Shown here: positions 27,791 through 37,990 of the stretch, in pieces
Layout: the number at the start of each line of letters is the position of its first letter
Numbering within the stretch: the first letter of the stretch is position 1
Notes under the pieces: generated by a model
Databases searched by the model: none
Told to the model about the DNA's origin: nothing
Seen by the model: the letters and a program-made list of their open reading frames with translations, nothing else
Position numbers and translations under genes: made by a program
Source: Candidatus Acidiferrales bacterium
GTDB lineage: Bacteria > Acidobacteriota > Terriglobia > Acidiferrales > UBA7541
NCBI GenBank assembly: GCA_050014735.1
Contig: JBEKCU010000003.1
Location: 1 to 61,439, forward strand
Direction: 5' to 3'
DNA length: 61,439 nucleotides

Positions 27791-28879
27791 CTAGTTGGTG
27801 TCCATACTCGATTTCGGCGCCACGTAGCCTTGCCGCGCGTATACCTGGAATTTAACTTTCTTGCCTTTTTGATCGGTCACCGTCAGCGGCCCGCCGTCCG
27901 GCGCCACCAGTTCTACTTTGATCTTGCGGTACTTGCCGTCGAGTGCCGTATTGGACGGGGAGTACGCCATGCTGTACTGGTTGCGCAAACTCGTGGCCAC
28001 ATCTTGCATGATGGAAGGGATTTCGCCGTCAAAGCGCGGTTCCCAGGAACGTCCGCCGGTCATCGAAGCGAATGTCTTCAACTGATTTTCGGCTTGAACG
28101 AAATTAAGTTGCCCAACCGGTCCAAGCCTGCCGCTTGCGTCCTGTTGCAAGTAAAGGCGGTCGCCGACGCCCACGGTAAAAATCGTCGCGTCGGTTTCGC
28201 GAATCCGTTTCATCACCTGATCGAGAGTCATTTTGCTGAATGTGTCGATTCCGGACGCGAGCACGAGCACGGATTTCTTGCCTTTGACGTCCTTAATTCG
28301 ATCCAAAACGTCCGCGAGCGCGTCGAAGATATTGGATTCGCTGAATGGCGGAAACACCATTTGACGGAGTCCATCCATGATTTCCTGGCGGTTATGCGTG
28401 AAATCGACCTCGATTTCCGAACGCATGTTAAATGTTTCCAGCGCCACCCAATCGTTCGGCTTCAGATTATTCAAAAATGCCACGGACCAGTTGCGTGCGT
28501 TATAACTGAAAATCTGGTACCCCAATTTGCTGAATTCGAGCAACAGGACAATCGTAATGGGCGCCTCGCTAGGAGCAAAATTTGTAATCGTCTGGACCGT
28601 TCCATCCTCGCTAAGCCGAAAATTTTCCTTCTTCAGCCCCGTTAAATAATTTCCATTGTTGTCGGTCACCACGACGTCGACACTCACGACGGGCACCGTA
28701 ACGGCAATCGAGAATCCGGGCGCCGTTTGAGTTTGAGGCTCCTGAGAAGATTGAGGCTTACGCGATGCCGATGGCGGCGTGTCCGATGTCTGTGCTGCGG
28801 CAGCGAATTCGCCCGCCGGAGACAGCAGCGTGAGCGCAAGCACGCATAGGATCGATCCGCGAAAACGATTGGTCCGCAT
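27791..28879 (-). CDS. Secreted VWA-domain protein (acidobacterial VWFA-related type)
   Basis: From ATG 28879: signal peptide, then FRLSEDG..Q.I..F, VLLLEFS, KSVLVLASGIDTFS, IFTVGVG and YRKIKVEL. This is the layout I recall for the VWFA-related acidobacterial domain. Confidence 0.8.
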   Translation of the reverse strand: MRTNRFRGSILCVLALTLLSPAGEFAAAAQTSDTPPSASRKPQSSQEPQTQTAPGFSIAVTVPVVSVDVVVTDNNGNYLTGLKKENFRLSEDGTVQTITNFAPSEAPITIVLLLEFSKLGYQIFSYNARNWSVAFLNNLKPNDWVALETFNMRSEIEVDFTHNRQEIMDGLRQMVFPPFSESNIFDALADVLDRIKDVKGKKSVLVLASGIDTFSKMTLDQVMKRIRETDATIFTVGVGDRLYLQQDASGRLGPVGQLNFVQAENQLKTFASMTGGRSWEPRFDGEIPSIMQDVATSLRNQYSMAYSPSNTALDGKYRKIKVELVAPDGGPLTVTDQKGKKVKFQVYARQGYVAPKSSMDTN

Positions 28880-29169
28880 GGTTGCTAATCCTCCCGGAAT
28901 GGATGTCTCTTCCCGGCCGGGGGAGTTCCCCCCTCTGTCAGTCGTTTGGGCGAGTATCCGCTCATTCGATGCTGCCACGAAGTGCCGGGATGTTCAAATA
29001 TTTCAAGGGGCACAGCATGTCATCCCGCTCGCAGCAAAGGATGAACCTGGACCTCTCAAGTTTTCCATCGAGGCACATTTCCCCGTATGGCCAGGTTTGT
29101 ACCCCGCAATCGCATGTTACGATAATTCAGCCGAAAGTTTGGCTTACCTGGCCCTTGGAGGAAAGCGTA

Positions 29170-30597
29170 ATGTTTCGTCGTATAAGGATAATCGCCCTCG
29201 CCTTTGGGTGGGCCATGTTGGCCGTCGGAAGCGCCCGTGCACAGGCGCCGGCGTCGCAACCGGACTTGGGAAAGCTTGCCGATGAAGCCCAAGGCTGGCT
29301 CGCGGACCTGGTACGCATTAACACCGTGAACCCTCCCGGCAATGAGGCCGCCGTCGCTAAATATCTTTCAACGATTTTTCAAAAAGAAGGCATCTCGAAC
29401 GAGACGATCGAGATCGCTCCCGGCAGGAGCATTGTCATTGCGCGCCTGCAGTCCGGTCCGCTGCCTGACCCTGCCAATGCCCTGATGCTCGTCGCGCATC
29501 AAGATACGGTCGGCGTGGATCCGAAGAAATGGACGGTGGATCCGTTCGGCGCAGTTATACAGGAAGGGTATCTCTATGGCCGGGGATCGATCGACGACAA
29601 AGCCATGCTCGCCGCGAATCTCGCCACGATTGTTGGCCTAAAGCGCGGCAAGGCGCGCTTGGCGCGTGACGTGATTTTCCTGGCCACGGACGACGAAGAA
29701 CAGCAAGGCGCGGCCAGCATCAAGGTCGTCATCGAAAAATATTGGGACAAGATCGCCTGCGCCTACTCGCTAAACGAAGGCGGCCGCGTCATCGTGAAAG
29801 ATGGGAAGGTCCAATACGTAGGGATCCAGGCAAGCGAAAAAGTCCAATACAACGTCATCGCAACCGCGACGGGCACTTCGGGACATGCATCGATGCCGCG
29901 TCCGGACAATGCGGTGGTGCATCTTGCGGCGGCCATCGCAAAACTTGGAACGTATCAGGTGCCGGCGGCCCCGAACACGATAACGCTGCGGTATTTCGAG
30001 CAACTCTCGAAAATCGAAGACGACGAAGTCGCAAAATGGATGCGCGCGCTCGAACAGCCCGAACGCGCCGATCTTGCGGTCAAGCATCTCACCGAAGCCA
30101 GTCCCATGTGGGGGTCGATGCTGCGCGATACGATCGCGCCCACGATACTCCAGGCCGGCGTCCGGGTAAACGTTATTCCCTCGGAGGCGACCGCCAACTT
30201 GAATGTGCGAATGCTTCCGGGACATTCCATTGAAGAACTGATTGCGCAGTTTGGGAAAATAGTCAACGACCCGCAAATCCGGTTCCAGCTTGGGCCTGAC
30301 CCAGGCGAAAATGCGCCCCCTTCGGACATCGCATCTCCGTTGTACAAAGACATCGAACGCCTGACGTCCCAGGATTTTCCGGGCGCGATTGCGGTGCCGC
30401 TTCTTGGCACGGGAGCCACCGACTCGGCGAGCCTGCGGCTGCACAAGGTTCAGGCGTACGGACTGGAGCCCTTTCCACTTACCGAAGCAGATAACCAGCG
30501 AATCCATGGGGACGATGAGCGGATTCCTGTTGAAAGTTTTCACAAAGGTGTCGCGTTCCTATATCATGTCGTGAGCGACTTCGCCTCCACGAAGTAG
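29170..30597 (+). CDS. M20/M28-type metallopeptidase (secreted)
   Basis: From ATG 29170: signal peptide MFRRIRIIALAFGWAMLAVGSARA, then LVAHQDTV, GRGSIDDK, TDDEE, HASMP and ERIHGDDERI. Confidence 0.85.
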   Translation: MFRRIRIIALAFGWAMLAVGSARAQAPASQPDLGKLADEAQGWLADLVRINTVNPPGNEAAVAKYLSTIFQKEGISNETIEIAPGRSIVIARLQSGPLPDPANALMLVAHQDTVGVDPKKWTVDPFGAVIQEGYLYGRGSIDDKAMLAANLATIVGLKRGKARLARDVIFLATDDEEQQGAASIKVVIEKYWDKIACAYSLNEGGRVIVKDGKVQYVGIQASEKVQYNVIATATGTSGHASMPRPDNAVVHLAAAIAKLGTYQVPAAPNTITLRYFEQLSKIEDDEVAKWMRALEQPERADLAVKHLTEASPMWGSMLRDTIAPTILQAGVRVNVIPSEATANLNVRMLPGHSIEELIAQFGKIVNDPQIRFQLGPDPGENAPPSDIASPLYKDIERLTSQDFPGAIAVPLLGTGATDSASLRLHKVQAYGLEPFPLTEADNQRIHGDDERIPVESFHKGVAFLYHVVSDFASTK

Positions 30598-30648
30598 GCT
30601 GAAGTAACCTCATCCCCTTCCACGTAGAATGGGCCCGGACGAAAAACC

Positions 30649-32094
30649 ATGGATTTTCGCAGCGCTAAAATTGTATGCACCCTCGGTCCCGCCAGTAATT
30701 CCCTCGAAATGATCGAGAAATTGATGCGCGCCGGAATGGACGTGGCGCGGCTCAACTTTTCTCACGGGACGCACGAGGATCACTTGGGGACGATCAAGCG
30801 GCTTCGCGAGGTTTCGGCAAAGCTGACCAGACCGATTGGCATTCTGGCCGATCTGCAGGGACCCAAAATACGCACGGGTTTGCTTGTGGATAAAAAACCG
30901 GTTCAATTGATCGCTGGGCAGCGCTTTACGATTTCCAATGTCGCGATCGCTGGAAATAGCGCCGGTGTGAGCACCACCTACAAACGAATGCCACGCGAAG
31001 TCAAGCGCGGGGATCGCATTCTGCTCGGCGACGGACTCATCGAATTGCGCGTTCTTTCCACGACCTCAAATACGGTTGTCTGCCAGGTGGTCAATGGCGG
31101 ATTGTTGGGAGAGCATAAAGGCATCAATTTGCCAGGCGTCAAGCTGAAGATTCCAGCGCTCACTCCGAAAGATCATGCGGACCTGAAATTCGCACTGGCG
31201 AATGGAGCGAATTTCGTGGCGGTGAGTTTTGTTCGGCGGGCGGAGGACGTGGTGCTGGCCAAGGCGGCAGTCAAACGGGCAGGCAGCGACGCTCCGGTGA
31301 TTGCCAAGCTGGAAAAGCCCGAGGCGATTGACAATCTCGACGCCATCCTCAGCGTGACCGATGGCGTGATGGTTGCGCGCGGCGATCTGGGCGTGGAGAT
31401 GAACCCGGAGAAGGTGCCCGTCGTGCAAAAGCAGATCATCGCCAAGGCCTGTGAAGCACGCCGTCCAGTGATCACGGCGACGCAAATGCTCGAATCGATG
31501 ACGCAGAATCCGCGCCCCACGCGCGCGGAAGCTTCCGACGTGGCCAATGCCGTGTTCGACGGAAGCGATGCGCTGATGCTATCCGCCGAAACCGCTTCCG
31601 GGGCCTATCCGGTCGAAGCGGTGCAGATGATGGACCGCATTATTCGCGAGGCCGAGGCCAACAATCACCACGTCCTGCGACCGCACCCTGCTCAATTCAA
31701 TATCGCGGAGACCGCGTCCGAACTGATTTGTCATGCGTCCGAAGAACTTAAAATGAAAGTGATTGCTGTATTCACCGAGTCCGGTTTCACGGCGCGTCTG
31801 GTTTCAAAACACCGTCCCCGCCGCCCGATTATCGCGTTTTCCACGATTCAGGAGACGCGCCGGCGCCTCTCGCTCTATTGGGGCGTTGTGCCCCGAACCA
31901 TCGCCAAAGTGCAGGACATCGAGGAACTCGTCCAGGTTACCGAGAAGCGTCTTCTGGAAGAACAACTGGTCAAGCGCGGCGACGTCGTGGGGATCGTGGC
32001 AGGAACGCCGCTGTTCGTGGGCGGCACGACAAACTTCATGAAATTTCACGTGATCGGCAGCAACGAGGAGAAAATCCGCAAGGCCAGTCTGTAG
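30649..32094 (+). CDS. pyk: Pyruvate kinase
   Basis: KIVCTLGPAS, MDVARLNFSHG, LADLQGPKIR, MVARGDLGVE, ATQMLESM. Confidence 0.95.
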   Translation: MDFRSAKIVCTLGPASNSLEMIEKLMRAGMDVARLNFSHGTHEDHLGTIKRLREVSAKLTRPIGILADLQGPKIRTGLLVDKKPVQLIAGQRFTISNVAIAGNSAGVSTTYKRMPREVKRGDRILLGDGLIELRVLSTTSNTVVCQVVNGGLLGEHKGINLPGVKLKIPALTPKDHADLKFALANGANFVAVSFVRRAEDVVLAKAAVKRAGSDAPVIAKLEKPEAIDNLDAILSVTDGVMVARGDLGVEMNPEKVPVVQKQIIAKACEARRPVITATQMLESMTQNPRPTRAEASDVANAVFDGSDALMLSAETASGAYPVEAVQMMDRIIREAEANNHHVLRPHPAQFNIAETASELICHASEELKMKVIAVFTESGFTARLVSKHRPRRPIIAFSTIQETRRRLSLYWGVVPRTIAKVQDIEELVQVTEKRLLEEQLVKRGDVVGIVAGTPLFVGGTTNFMKFHVIGSNEEKIRKASL

Positions 32095-32260
32095 TTTTTA
32101 GCTGGCACGGCCTTCAGCCGCGGGGTTTAGACTTTTGATGTCAATTTTCAAATTCAAAATTTCAGATTTTTGATTTTACGATTACAAGAAAATCACAGTC
32201 TCTTCAGGCTGCGTGGTTTGATCTATATGACTTCTAAAGTATAAAACGCCGAAAATATCC

Positions 32261-32290
32261 ATCGAAAAGTCAGACAGGCTGAAGCCTGTC
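32261..32290 (-). terminator. Hairpin GACAGGCTTCAGCCTGTC + T-run, 3' of the rhomboid gene
   Basis: Perfect 7-bp stem with a TTCA loop (32273-32290). On the minus strand it is followed by TGACTTTTCGAT. It sits 11 nt after the stop. Confidence 0.6.
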
Positions 32291-32300
32291 CGACCTAGAC

Positions 32301-33095
32301 CTAATTCACCCAGCGGTCGTCGGAGCTTCTAGGGGGCTCGTTTTTGTGGTCGCGCATATAGACTTCAAACTTTCGCCTGGCGCGCTTGCGTTTCCAATCG
32401 AGATAGTCATTGCGAACCCGATAAAGAAATAATCCCCTGCGAAGGTATAAGTAACCCACCAGCGCGCCACCCAGGTGCGTCACATGGCTCACGTTATCGC
32501 CGCCGGTGCCGAGCGTGGAAAAGAATTCAATGGCAATAGCCCCAGCCACATAAATCTTCATCGGAATCGTGACTGGAAACGGAATCAGCCAGATCTGCCG
32601 GTCGGGAAACATGATCGCCGCAGCCAGCAGCACTCCGTAAATCGCGCCCGACGCGCCAATTGTGGGAATCGCCACCGACATTCCCCGCCCATGTGGATCA
32701 AGGGCCGTCTTCACCAACACATTGATCAGTCCCGCCCCGATGCCCGTCAGAAAAAAATAAACGTAAAATCGATGCGTGCCCCATGCGCGCTCCAGATCGG
32801 CGCCGAACATCCAGAGGAACAGGAGATTGAATACAATGTGCCAGATGCCATCGTGGAGAAATATGTAGGTGACCGGCTGCCAGATGCGCAACCCATGCGT
32901 AACGGCCAGAGGAACAAGTCCAAATTCCCCCTGAAACCAGTATGTCACCGAGGGCGGAAAGAAAAGTTTCAGCAGCGTTTGCAACAGGAAAACAGCCGTG
33001 CAAGCGATTATGATATTGCGAATGGCCGGCGTCAGCATCCCGCCCCAACTGATGCGGGAACCCGACGATCGCGGGTATCGTGGAAATGATCCCAT
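32301..33095 (-). CDS. Rhomboid-family intramembrane serine protease
   Basis: From ATG 33095: six TM helices, IFLHDGIWHIVFNLLFLW, GASGAIYG (catalytic Ser) and HLGGALVG (catalytic His). The ORF-track start at 33398 would add 101 unsupported residues. Confidence 0.85.
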   Translation of the reverse strand: MGSFPRYPRSSGSRISWGGMLTPAIRNIIIACTAVFLLQTLLKLFFPPSVTYWFQGEFGLVPLAVTHGLRIWQPVTYIFLHDGIWHIVFNLLFLWMFGADLERAWGTHRFYVYFFLTGIGAGLINVLVKTALDPHGRGMSVAIPTIGASGAIYGVLLAAAIMFPDRQIWLIPFPVTIPMKIYVAGAIAIEFFSTLGTGGDNVSHVTHLGGALVGYLYLRRGLFLYRVRNDYLDWKRKRARRKFEVYMRDHKNEPPRSSDDRWVN

Positions 33096-33809
33096 TATCG
33101 TGAGTGTAAGCGCGGAAAGGCTGGGAGTCAAAGTATCCGAGGACAGATGGTACACCGTTGCTTCTAGCCCGACCTTGGCTGCATCTTTGTCAACTTTGCC
33201 CGCCGCAGCTGGTGGCAATGTTAAAGTGAAGTTTGCGGTGCATCGGTGTCGAGAAATCGCTGCGATTGCGACAGTGCACGGCGTAATCTTGAAATCCATT
33301 GGGACGGATTTCTCAACTTGCGCTCTGATGCATGCTGTAGGCGCCCCAGGAGACGATACGTGAACTTTTTTATCAAACCTTTCAACGTCGATCGTCATCT
33401 GTATCTATTCGCGTTTGGATGCGGTGGGTCTTGAGGTGTGCGCCCCTGGGGCGAGATACAATATCAGCCTTTTCAGGTCGTCTTAAGAGCTTCCTTGAAT
33501 GCCGAATTTCCAGAGGGCACCGGTGACTTCCTGTGGCTGTCTGATTCTAATCCTGACTCGCGAGTCGGATCAGCGCGTGGGTCTCGGCAGGCTCGTCGAG
33601 GAAGACGTGAGCGATCCATGGCGAGGCTTAAAAAATTAGTCCGCGCCGATTGATCTCCGGCGGCGCTCGGTCTACAGTGCCTGTTGCGTTGCGCGGGCCG
33701 GAGATCTAAGTCGGGACTTCCGGATCGGTTCTTAAGGCTGCTCGACAGAACATGGGTTGAGCAACTGCGGCAAGTGTGCGAATCCATAGGCGAGAAATGG
33801 AGATTCAGG

Positions 33810-35804
33810 ATGGAGGCAAGGACGAAGATGAAGTGGTTCCTGATGGTACTGACAGTTGTGGTTTCGTTCCTTGTCGTTTCCTGTGGTGGCTCGACTTCGA
33901 CCGTGACGACCTACTCCATCGGCGGCACGGTTTCGGGCCTGTCCGGCACAGGTTTGGTACTGCAAGACAATGGCGGTGACAACCTCCCGGTCACCACAAG
34001 TGGAACCTTCACGTTCGCCACGCCGATCGCCAGTGGTTTGACTTATTCGGTCACGGTTCTTACGCAGCCTTCCAATCCGGCGCAGACCTGCGCGGTAACA
34101 TACGGCGCCAGCGGTACGGTAAATGGCACGATTACGTATGTCCAGATCACCTGCAACGACAGCTCATTCTCCATCGGTGGCACGGTTTCGGGTCTTTCGG
34201 GAACGGGACTTGTATTGCAGGATAATGGCGGCAATAACTTGTCGATCAGCGGAAATGGGAGCTTCACGTTCAGCTCGCCGGTGTCCCGGGGCAGCTCTTT
34301 TAACGTTACGGTGCTTACCCAGCCATCCAGCCCGGCGCAAATCTGCGGGGTGACAAATGGTTATGCAGCGGACGTCCTCGGCAACGTTGCGTATGTTCAG
34401 GTGGTTTGCATCACCACCACCGTTACTTACGCGATTGGGGGCACGGTTTCCGGTTTGTCCGGCGTCGGTCTCGTATTGCAGAACAATAGCGGCAACAATC
34501 TTCCGGTCAGCGCAAACGGGGGCTTCACGTTTACCACGCCCATCGCCAGTGGCAGCAGTTATAGCGTCACGGTCTTAACACAGCCTTCTAGTCCATCGCA
34601 GAACTGCGTCGTGACCGGCGGCAGCGGAATCGCCAATTCGAATATAACGAGCATTCTGGTGACCTGTGGCGGAACAGTAGCGGCAGGCCAGGCGCATAGC
34701 TGTGTTGTTACAAGTGCCGGGGGAGTTCTTTGCTGGGGTGCAAACGAATACGGCCAACTCGGCGACGCGAATACCCTCAACTCGAACACACCAGTGAATG
34801 TAACCGGGCTGTCCAGCGGCGTGGCCGCAATTTCCGCAGGATACGAACACACCTGCGCCTTGACCACGGCCGGCGCTGTTTGGTGCTGGGGCTACAACGC
34901 CACCGGCCAGCTTGGCAATGGCACCTTGACCCAATCCAGCATTCCGGTGCAAGTCCTGGACTCGTCCGGGACCGCTCCGCTTAGCGGCGCGGTCGCGATT
35001 TCCGCGGGCCAGTACCACACTTGCGCCGTGACCAGCGCCGGTGCGGCACTGTGCTGGGGCGACAATACCGTTGGTGAGCTCGGCAACGGAACCTACACAG
35101 GGACCAGCATTCCGGTGCCGGTTTCGGGACTATCGCTGGGCGCGGTCGCAATTGCCGCAGGCTCCCACTTCACATGCGCAGTGACGACCACGGGTGCAGC
35201 GCTCTGTTGGGGGGAGGGCGACTCAGGTCAGCTAGGCAACGGCTACGCCACCAACTCTGCCACCCCAGCCGCAGTTTTGGACCCGACCGGGAGCGCACCG
35301 ATTAGCGGTGTGGTTGCAATCTCCGCCGGTTTTGAGCATACATGTGCCTTGACGAGCGGCGGATCGGCCTTTTGCTGGGGAACCGACGGCACAAACCAGC
35401 CTGGCAGCGGTACGTTGTCGCAATCCAATATCCCGGTGCAAGTGTTGAACCCGGCCGGAACCGCACCGATTAGCGGCGTGGCAGCAATTTCGGCCGGACA
35501 GTTCCACACCTGTGCTGTAACCAGCGGCGGGGAGCCATTCTGCTGGGGGGACAACGCCGAGGGTGAACTCGGCGACGGCAGCACCTCTAGTGTCACCATA
35601 GCATTGCCAGTCTCGGGGCTGTCGGGCGGTGTGGCCGCAATTGCCGCAGGCTACCAACACACGTGCGCGTTGACGAACGCAGGGGCCGTTTGGTGCTGGG
35701 GATCCAACGCTACCGGCCAACTCGGCAACGATAGCACCGATAGCTCGTCCCTCCCGGTGTTGGCAGCGGGCGCAGGCAACAAAGGTTTCTTGCAGATTTT
35801 CTGA
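33810..35804 (+). CDS. Lipoprotein with three tandem ~85-aa repeats and a 7-bladed RCC1-type beta-propeller
   Basis: Signal peptide with lipobox (FLVVSC). Three GGTVSGLSG.GLVLQ.N.G.NL repeats, then seven H(S/T)C.(V/L)T..G...CWG.N..GQLG units. Confidence 0.85.
   Translation: MEARTKMKWFLMVLTVVVSFLVVSCGGSTSTVTTYSIGGTVSGLSGTGLVLQDNGGDNLPVTTSGTFTFATPIASGLTYSVTVLTQPSNPAQTCAVTYGASGTVNGTITYVQITCNDSSFSIGGTVSGLSGTGLVLQDNGGNNLSISGNGSFTFSSPVSRGSSFNVTVLTQPSSPAQICGVTNGYAADVLGNVAYVQVVCITTTVTYAIGGTVSGLSGVGLVLQNNSGNNLPVSANGGFTFTTPIASGSSYSVTVLTQPSSPSQNCVVTGGSGIANSNITSILVTCGGTVAAGQAHSCVVTSAGGVLCWGANEYGQLGDANTLNSNTPVNVTGLSSGVAAISAGYEHTCALTTAGAVWCWGYNATGQLGNGTLTQSSIPVQVLDSSGTAPLSGAVAISAGQYHTCAVTSAGAALCWGDNTVGELGNGTYTGTSIPVPVSGLSLGAVAIAAGSHFTCAVTTTGAALCWGEGDSGQLGNGYATNSATPAAVLDPTGSAPISGVVAISAGFEHTCALTSGGSAFCWGTDGTNQPGSGTLSQSNIPVQVLNPAGTAPISGVAAISAGQFHTCAVTSGGEPFCWGDNAEGELGDGSTSSVTIALPVSGLSGGVAAIAAGYQHTCALTNAGAVWCWGSNATGQLGNDSTDSSSLPVLAAGAGNKGFLQIF
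33912..34680 (+). repeat. Three in-frame tandem repeats (periods 255 and 261 nt) inside the RCC1 lipoprotein gene
   Basis: Repeat starts at 33912 (YSIGGTVSGLSG), 34167 (FSIGGTVSGLSG) and 34428 (YAIGGTVSGLSG). The DNA is also clearly similar. Confidence 0.8.
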
Positions 35805-36246
35805 TGGACCGCACACGGCAACTTTTTGCGAACAATGTGTCTTGAGAGCTAAATCAAAATTCTTCCGCGAGCCGACGAGTGCTGGCTGCCGCTGCTGGGT
35901 TCGGGTCTCAGCATCTCCAAAGCAAAGAAATACCCGACCTGATTTGCCTCCGCACAAATGCCATTTTTGCCTGCTGCGATAATCTTTAAGAAACAGACCT
36001 TGAAGGTATGATCGGAGGCGCAACGGCCCGGCCGACGCGCAACCTCAAGACGCGATATCCCATTTCCCATCAATTAATTACAGGGGCAGTGCGCCGTGCT
36101 GACATCCTTGAAATTGTTTATCCTAATCGTAAGAATTGATTTATGCCTCTCTTAGAAAATCCGCGTAGCCTTGAAATTGACAATGCGGCCGAGCGCTTGT
36201 CCTGGAACAGGTTTAGACGCTCTAGAAGAGCCCCAAGGAGGTAAGC

Positions 36247-36561
36247 ATGTTAAAGCCAATCGATGCTATACGGATGATCGTAGTGACCGCCGTGTTGGTT
36301 GTGAGCGGCGCAGTGTCAGGAACTGCTCTCGCACGAGAGGATGCACCCAAGAAGGTGCCGGAACAATTGGTACTCGCGCAGGATCAGGGGAAGCAATCGG
36401 TGCTCCATGTAAGTCCGTACAGGAACGGCGAGGTCCCCAGACAAGTGCTCATGAACCCTGCGGGATCCGGGATCGCGAGACCGGACCAAGATATAAATGA
36501 TGGCTCCGCGCGAACGCAATCGAACTCGCGTGTACCCAGATTCGCGTTTTATGGAAAGTGA
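36247..36561 (+). CDS. Hypothetical small secreted protein
   Basis: 104 aa with a strong RBS (AAGGAGG 6 nt upstream) and signal-like N-terminus (IVVTAVLVVSGAVSGTALA). No family recognised. Confidence 0.45.
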   Translation: MLKPIDAIRMIVVTAVLVVSGAVSGTALAREDAPKKVPEQLVLAQDQGKQSVLHVSPYRNGEVPRQVLMNPAGSGIARPDQDINDGSARTQSNSRVPRFAFYGK

Positions 36562-36667
36562 CAGCGGGCCGGTCGTCCATCCGAGATGCCGCTGTGGGCC
36601 GCTAATCTGATGCAGGTATCGCAGGGCGAGGCGCAGTGCGGCGTCGCCCTCGATTGCCTTTCCCGGA

Positions 36668-37231
36668 TTATGGAGACACTGAAAAAGGAATCGATGCTTC
36701 CGTCGTCTCCCAAAGTAGCGCTAGCGTTCCTTTGTTGCCGCCATCGGATCGCAATTCAATCTTGAATGTCTCCACTGGCGCGGTCAGAGTATTCAAATTC
36801 ATCTTCGTTCGGCCAAAATCGAGGGAAGCATCGTAATCGAGATGGAATTGACCTGTCTGCTTGTTGATGATGAGGGTCCATTCATTTAGATTCGGAAGCG
36901 TCCAGATGCTGTAGCTTCCGGCAGGAAGTTTTAAATCGCCAATCCGCAGATTGGCTTCGGTCGTTATTTTGGTCGCCCAATTTGCGCCAGTGCACCAGAC
37001 GTGGCCAAACGGGACAAGTCCACCCATTACTTTTCGCCCGTGCATCGAGGGCGCGTAGTAGTCGACGCTGATTTTCCTGCCTGCAATTGTGGTTGCAACG
37101 TTCTCAGGGGGGCTCTTGTATCTGGAATATCCGAACTGGCCGTAGGAGGTCCACGCAAATGCCCCAATCAGTGCGGCGATCGTCACGAAGCCCGAGAAAA
37201 CAAGAAATGGTTTCCTTGAGTGAATCGACAT
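36668..37231 (-). CDS. DUF2911-like secreted protein
   Basis: From ATG 37231: TM/signal, then GRKISVDYYAPSMHGRKVMGGLVPFGHVWCTGANWATKI...LPAGSYSIWTLPN..EWTLIINK. This matches my memory of DUF2911. Confidence 0.8.
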   Translation of the reverse strand: MSIHSRKPFLVFSGFVTIAALIGAFAWTSYGQFGYSRYKSPPENVATTIAGRKISVDYYAPSMHGRKVMGGLVPFGHVWCTGANWATKITTEANLRIGDLKLPAGSYSIWTLPNLNEWTLIINKQTGQFHLDYDASLDFGRTKMNLNTLTAPVETFKIELRSDGGNKGTLALLWETTEASIPFSVSP

Positions 37232-37463
37232 CGCCACAATCCCCCGCTTGCACGTCATTCGCAGCGCCTCAATCATGAGAATCGTACTCCTAAATTCGTA
37301 GTTATGGCCAGCCTTGTCGATTGTTGGTAGTGCATCACTTTCCGTGCACTTTGAATGTGAGATCGATTCCGGTGCCACCAGCTCCGCCGAACTTGGCAAA
37401 ATCCGAGCCGAGGCCCTACTATGGTTTCTATCTACGATCGTCGAGCGAGATTCTCCTGCGCCT

Positions 37464-37940
37464 ATGAGTCGCAATCCCAAAACGGTCGGACTGATCTCGG
37501 ACACGCACGGATTATTGCGCCCGCAAGCCTTGCGCGCGCTCGATCGCTCGGACCTGATCATTCATGCGGGAGATGTGGGGGATCCGGAAATTCTTGACGA
37601 GTTGAAGACGCTCGCGCCGGTCTTTGCGGTGCGCGGGAATATCGATTCAGAACCGTGGGTGCTGGCGTTGCCGGAGACCGAAATTGTGGATACAGGCACC
37701 GCCTCGATTTACGTTCTCCACGATGTGCATGCGCTCGACCTCGATCCCGCCGCGGCGGGCTTCCATATCGTGGTTAGCGGACACTCGCACAAACACTCAC
37801 GCACGGAGCACGGCGGCGTCCTATTCCTTAATCCTGGCAGCGCGGGTCCACGAAGATTCAATCTGCCGGTAACAGTGGCGTGTCTCTATCTGGATGAAAT
37901 TCCCTGGAAAGTTGAATTCGTGGATTTGCTTGGCATCTAG
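37464..37940 (+). CDS. YfcE/MJ0936-type metallophosphoesterase
   Basis: From ATG 37464: GLISDTHG, HAGD, VRGN.D, GHSH, NPGS. Confidence 0.85.
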   Translation: MSRNPKTVGLISDTHGLLRPQALRALDRSDLIIHAGDVGDPEILDELKTLAPVFAVRGNIDSEPWVLALPETEIVDTGTASIYVLHDVHALDLDPAAAGFHIVVSGHSHKHSRTEHGGVLFLNPGSAGPRRFNLPVTVACLYLDEIPWKVEFVDLLGI

Positions 37941-37943
37941 TAG

Positions 37944-37968
37944 AACAGGCTTCAGCCTGTTTGTTTTT
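37944..37968 (+). terminator. Rho-independent terminator AACAGGCTTCAGCCTGTT + TGTTTTT
   Basis: Perfect palindrome 3 nt after the phosphoesterase stop, followed by a T-run. Confidence 0.7.
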
Positions 37969-37990
37969 GACTTCTGCCAGCGCAGAGAGA

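Noticed and set aside
28882-29169. N-terminal extensions of ORF-track models. M20 peptidase from 28882; DUF2911 to 37561; phosphoesterase from 37314; pntAA from 42315; APC permease from 51054; VWA to 28978; alpha/beta hydrolase to 27716
   Set aside because: In each case an internal ATG with a better RBS and/or a signal peptide or the family-typical N-terminus gives the expected protein length. The extensions overlap neighbouring genes or divergent promoters.
33096-33398. 101-codon N-terminal extension of the rhomboid ORF
   Set aside because: The 264-aa version from ATG 33095 already has the full rhomboid core. The extension has no recognisable domain, its third-position GC is not clearly coding-like in my spot check, and a plus-strand ORF overlaps it. 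Left open in a finding.
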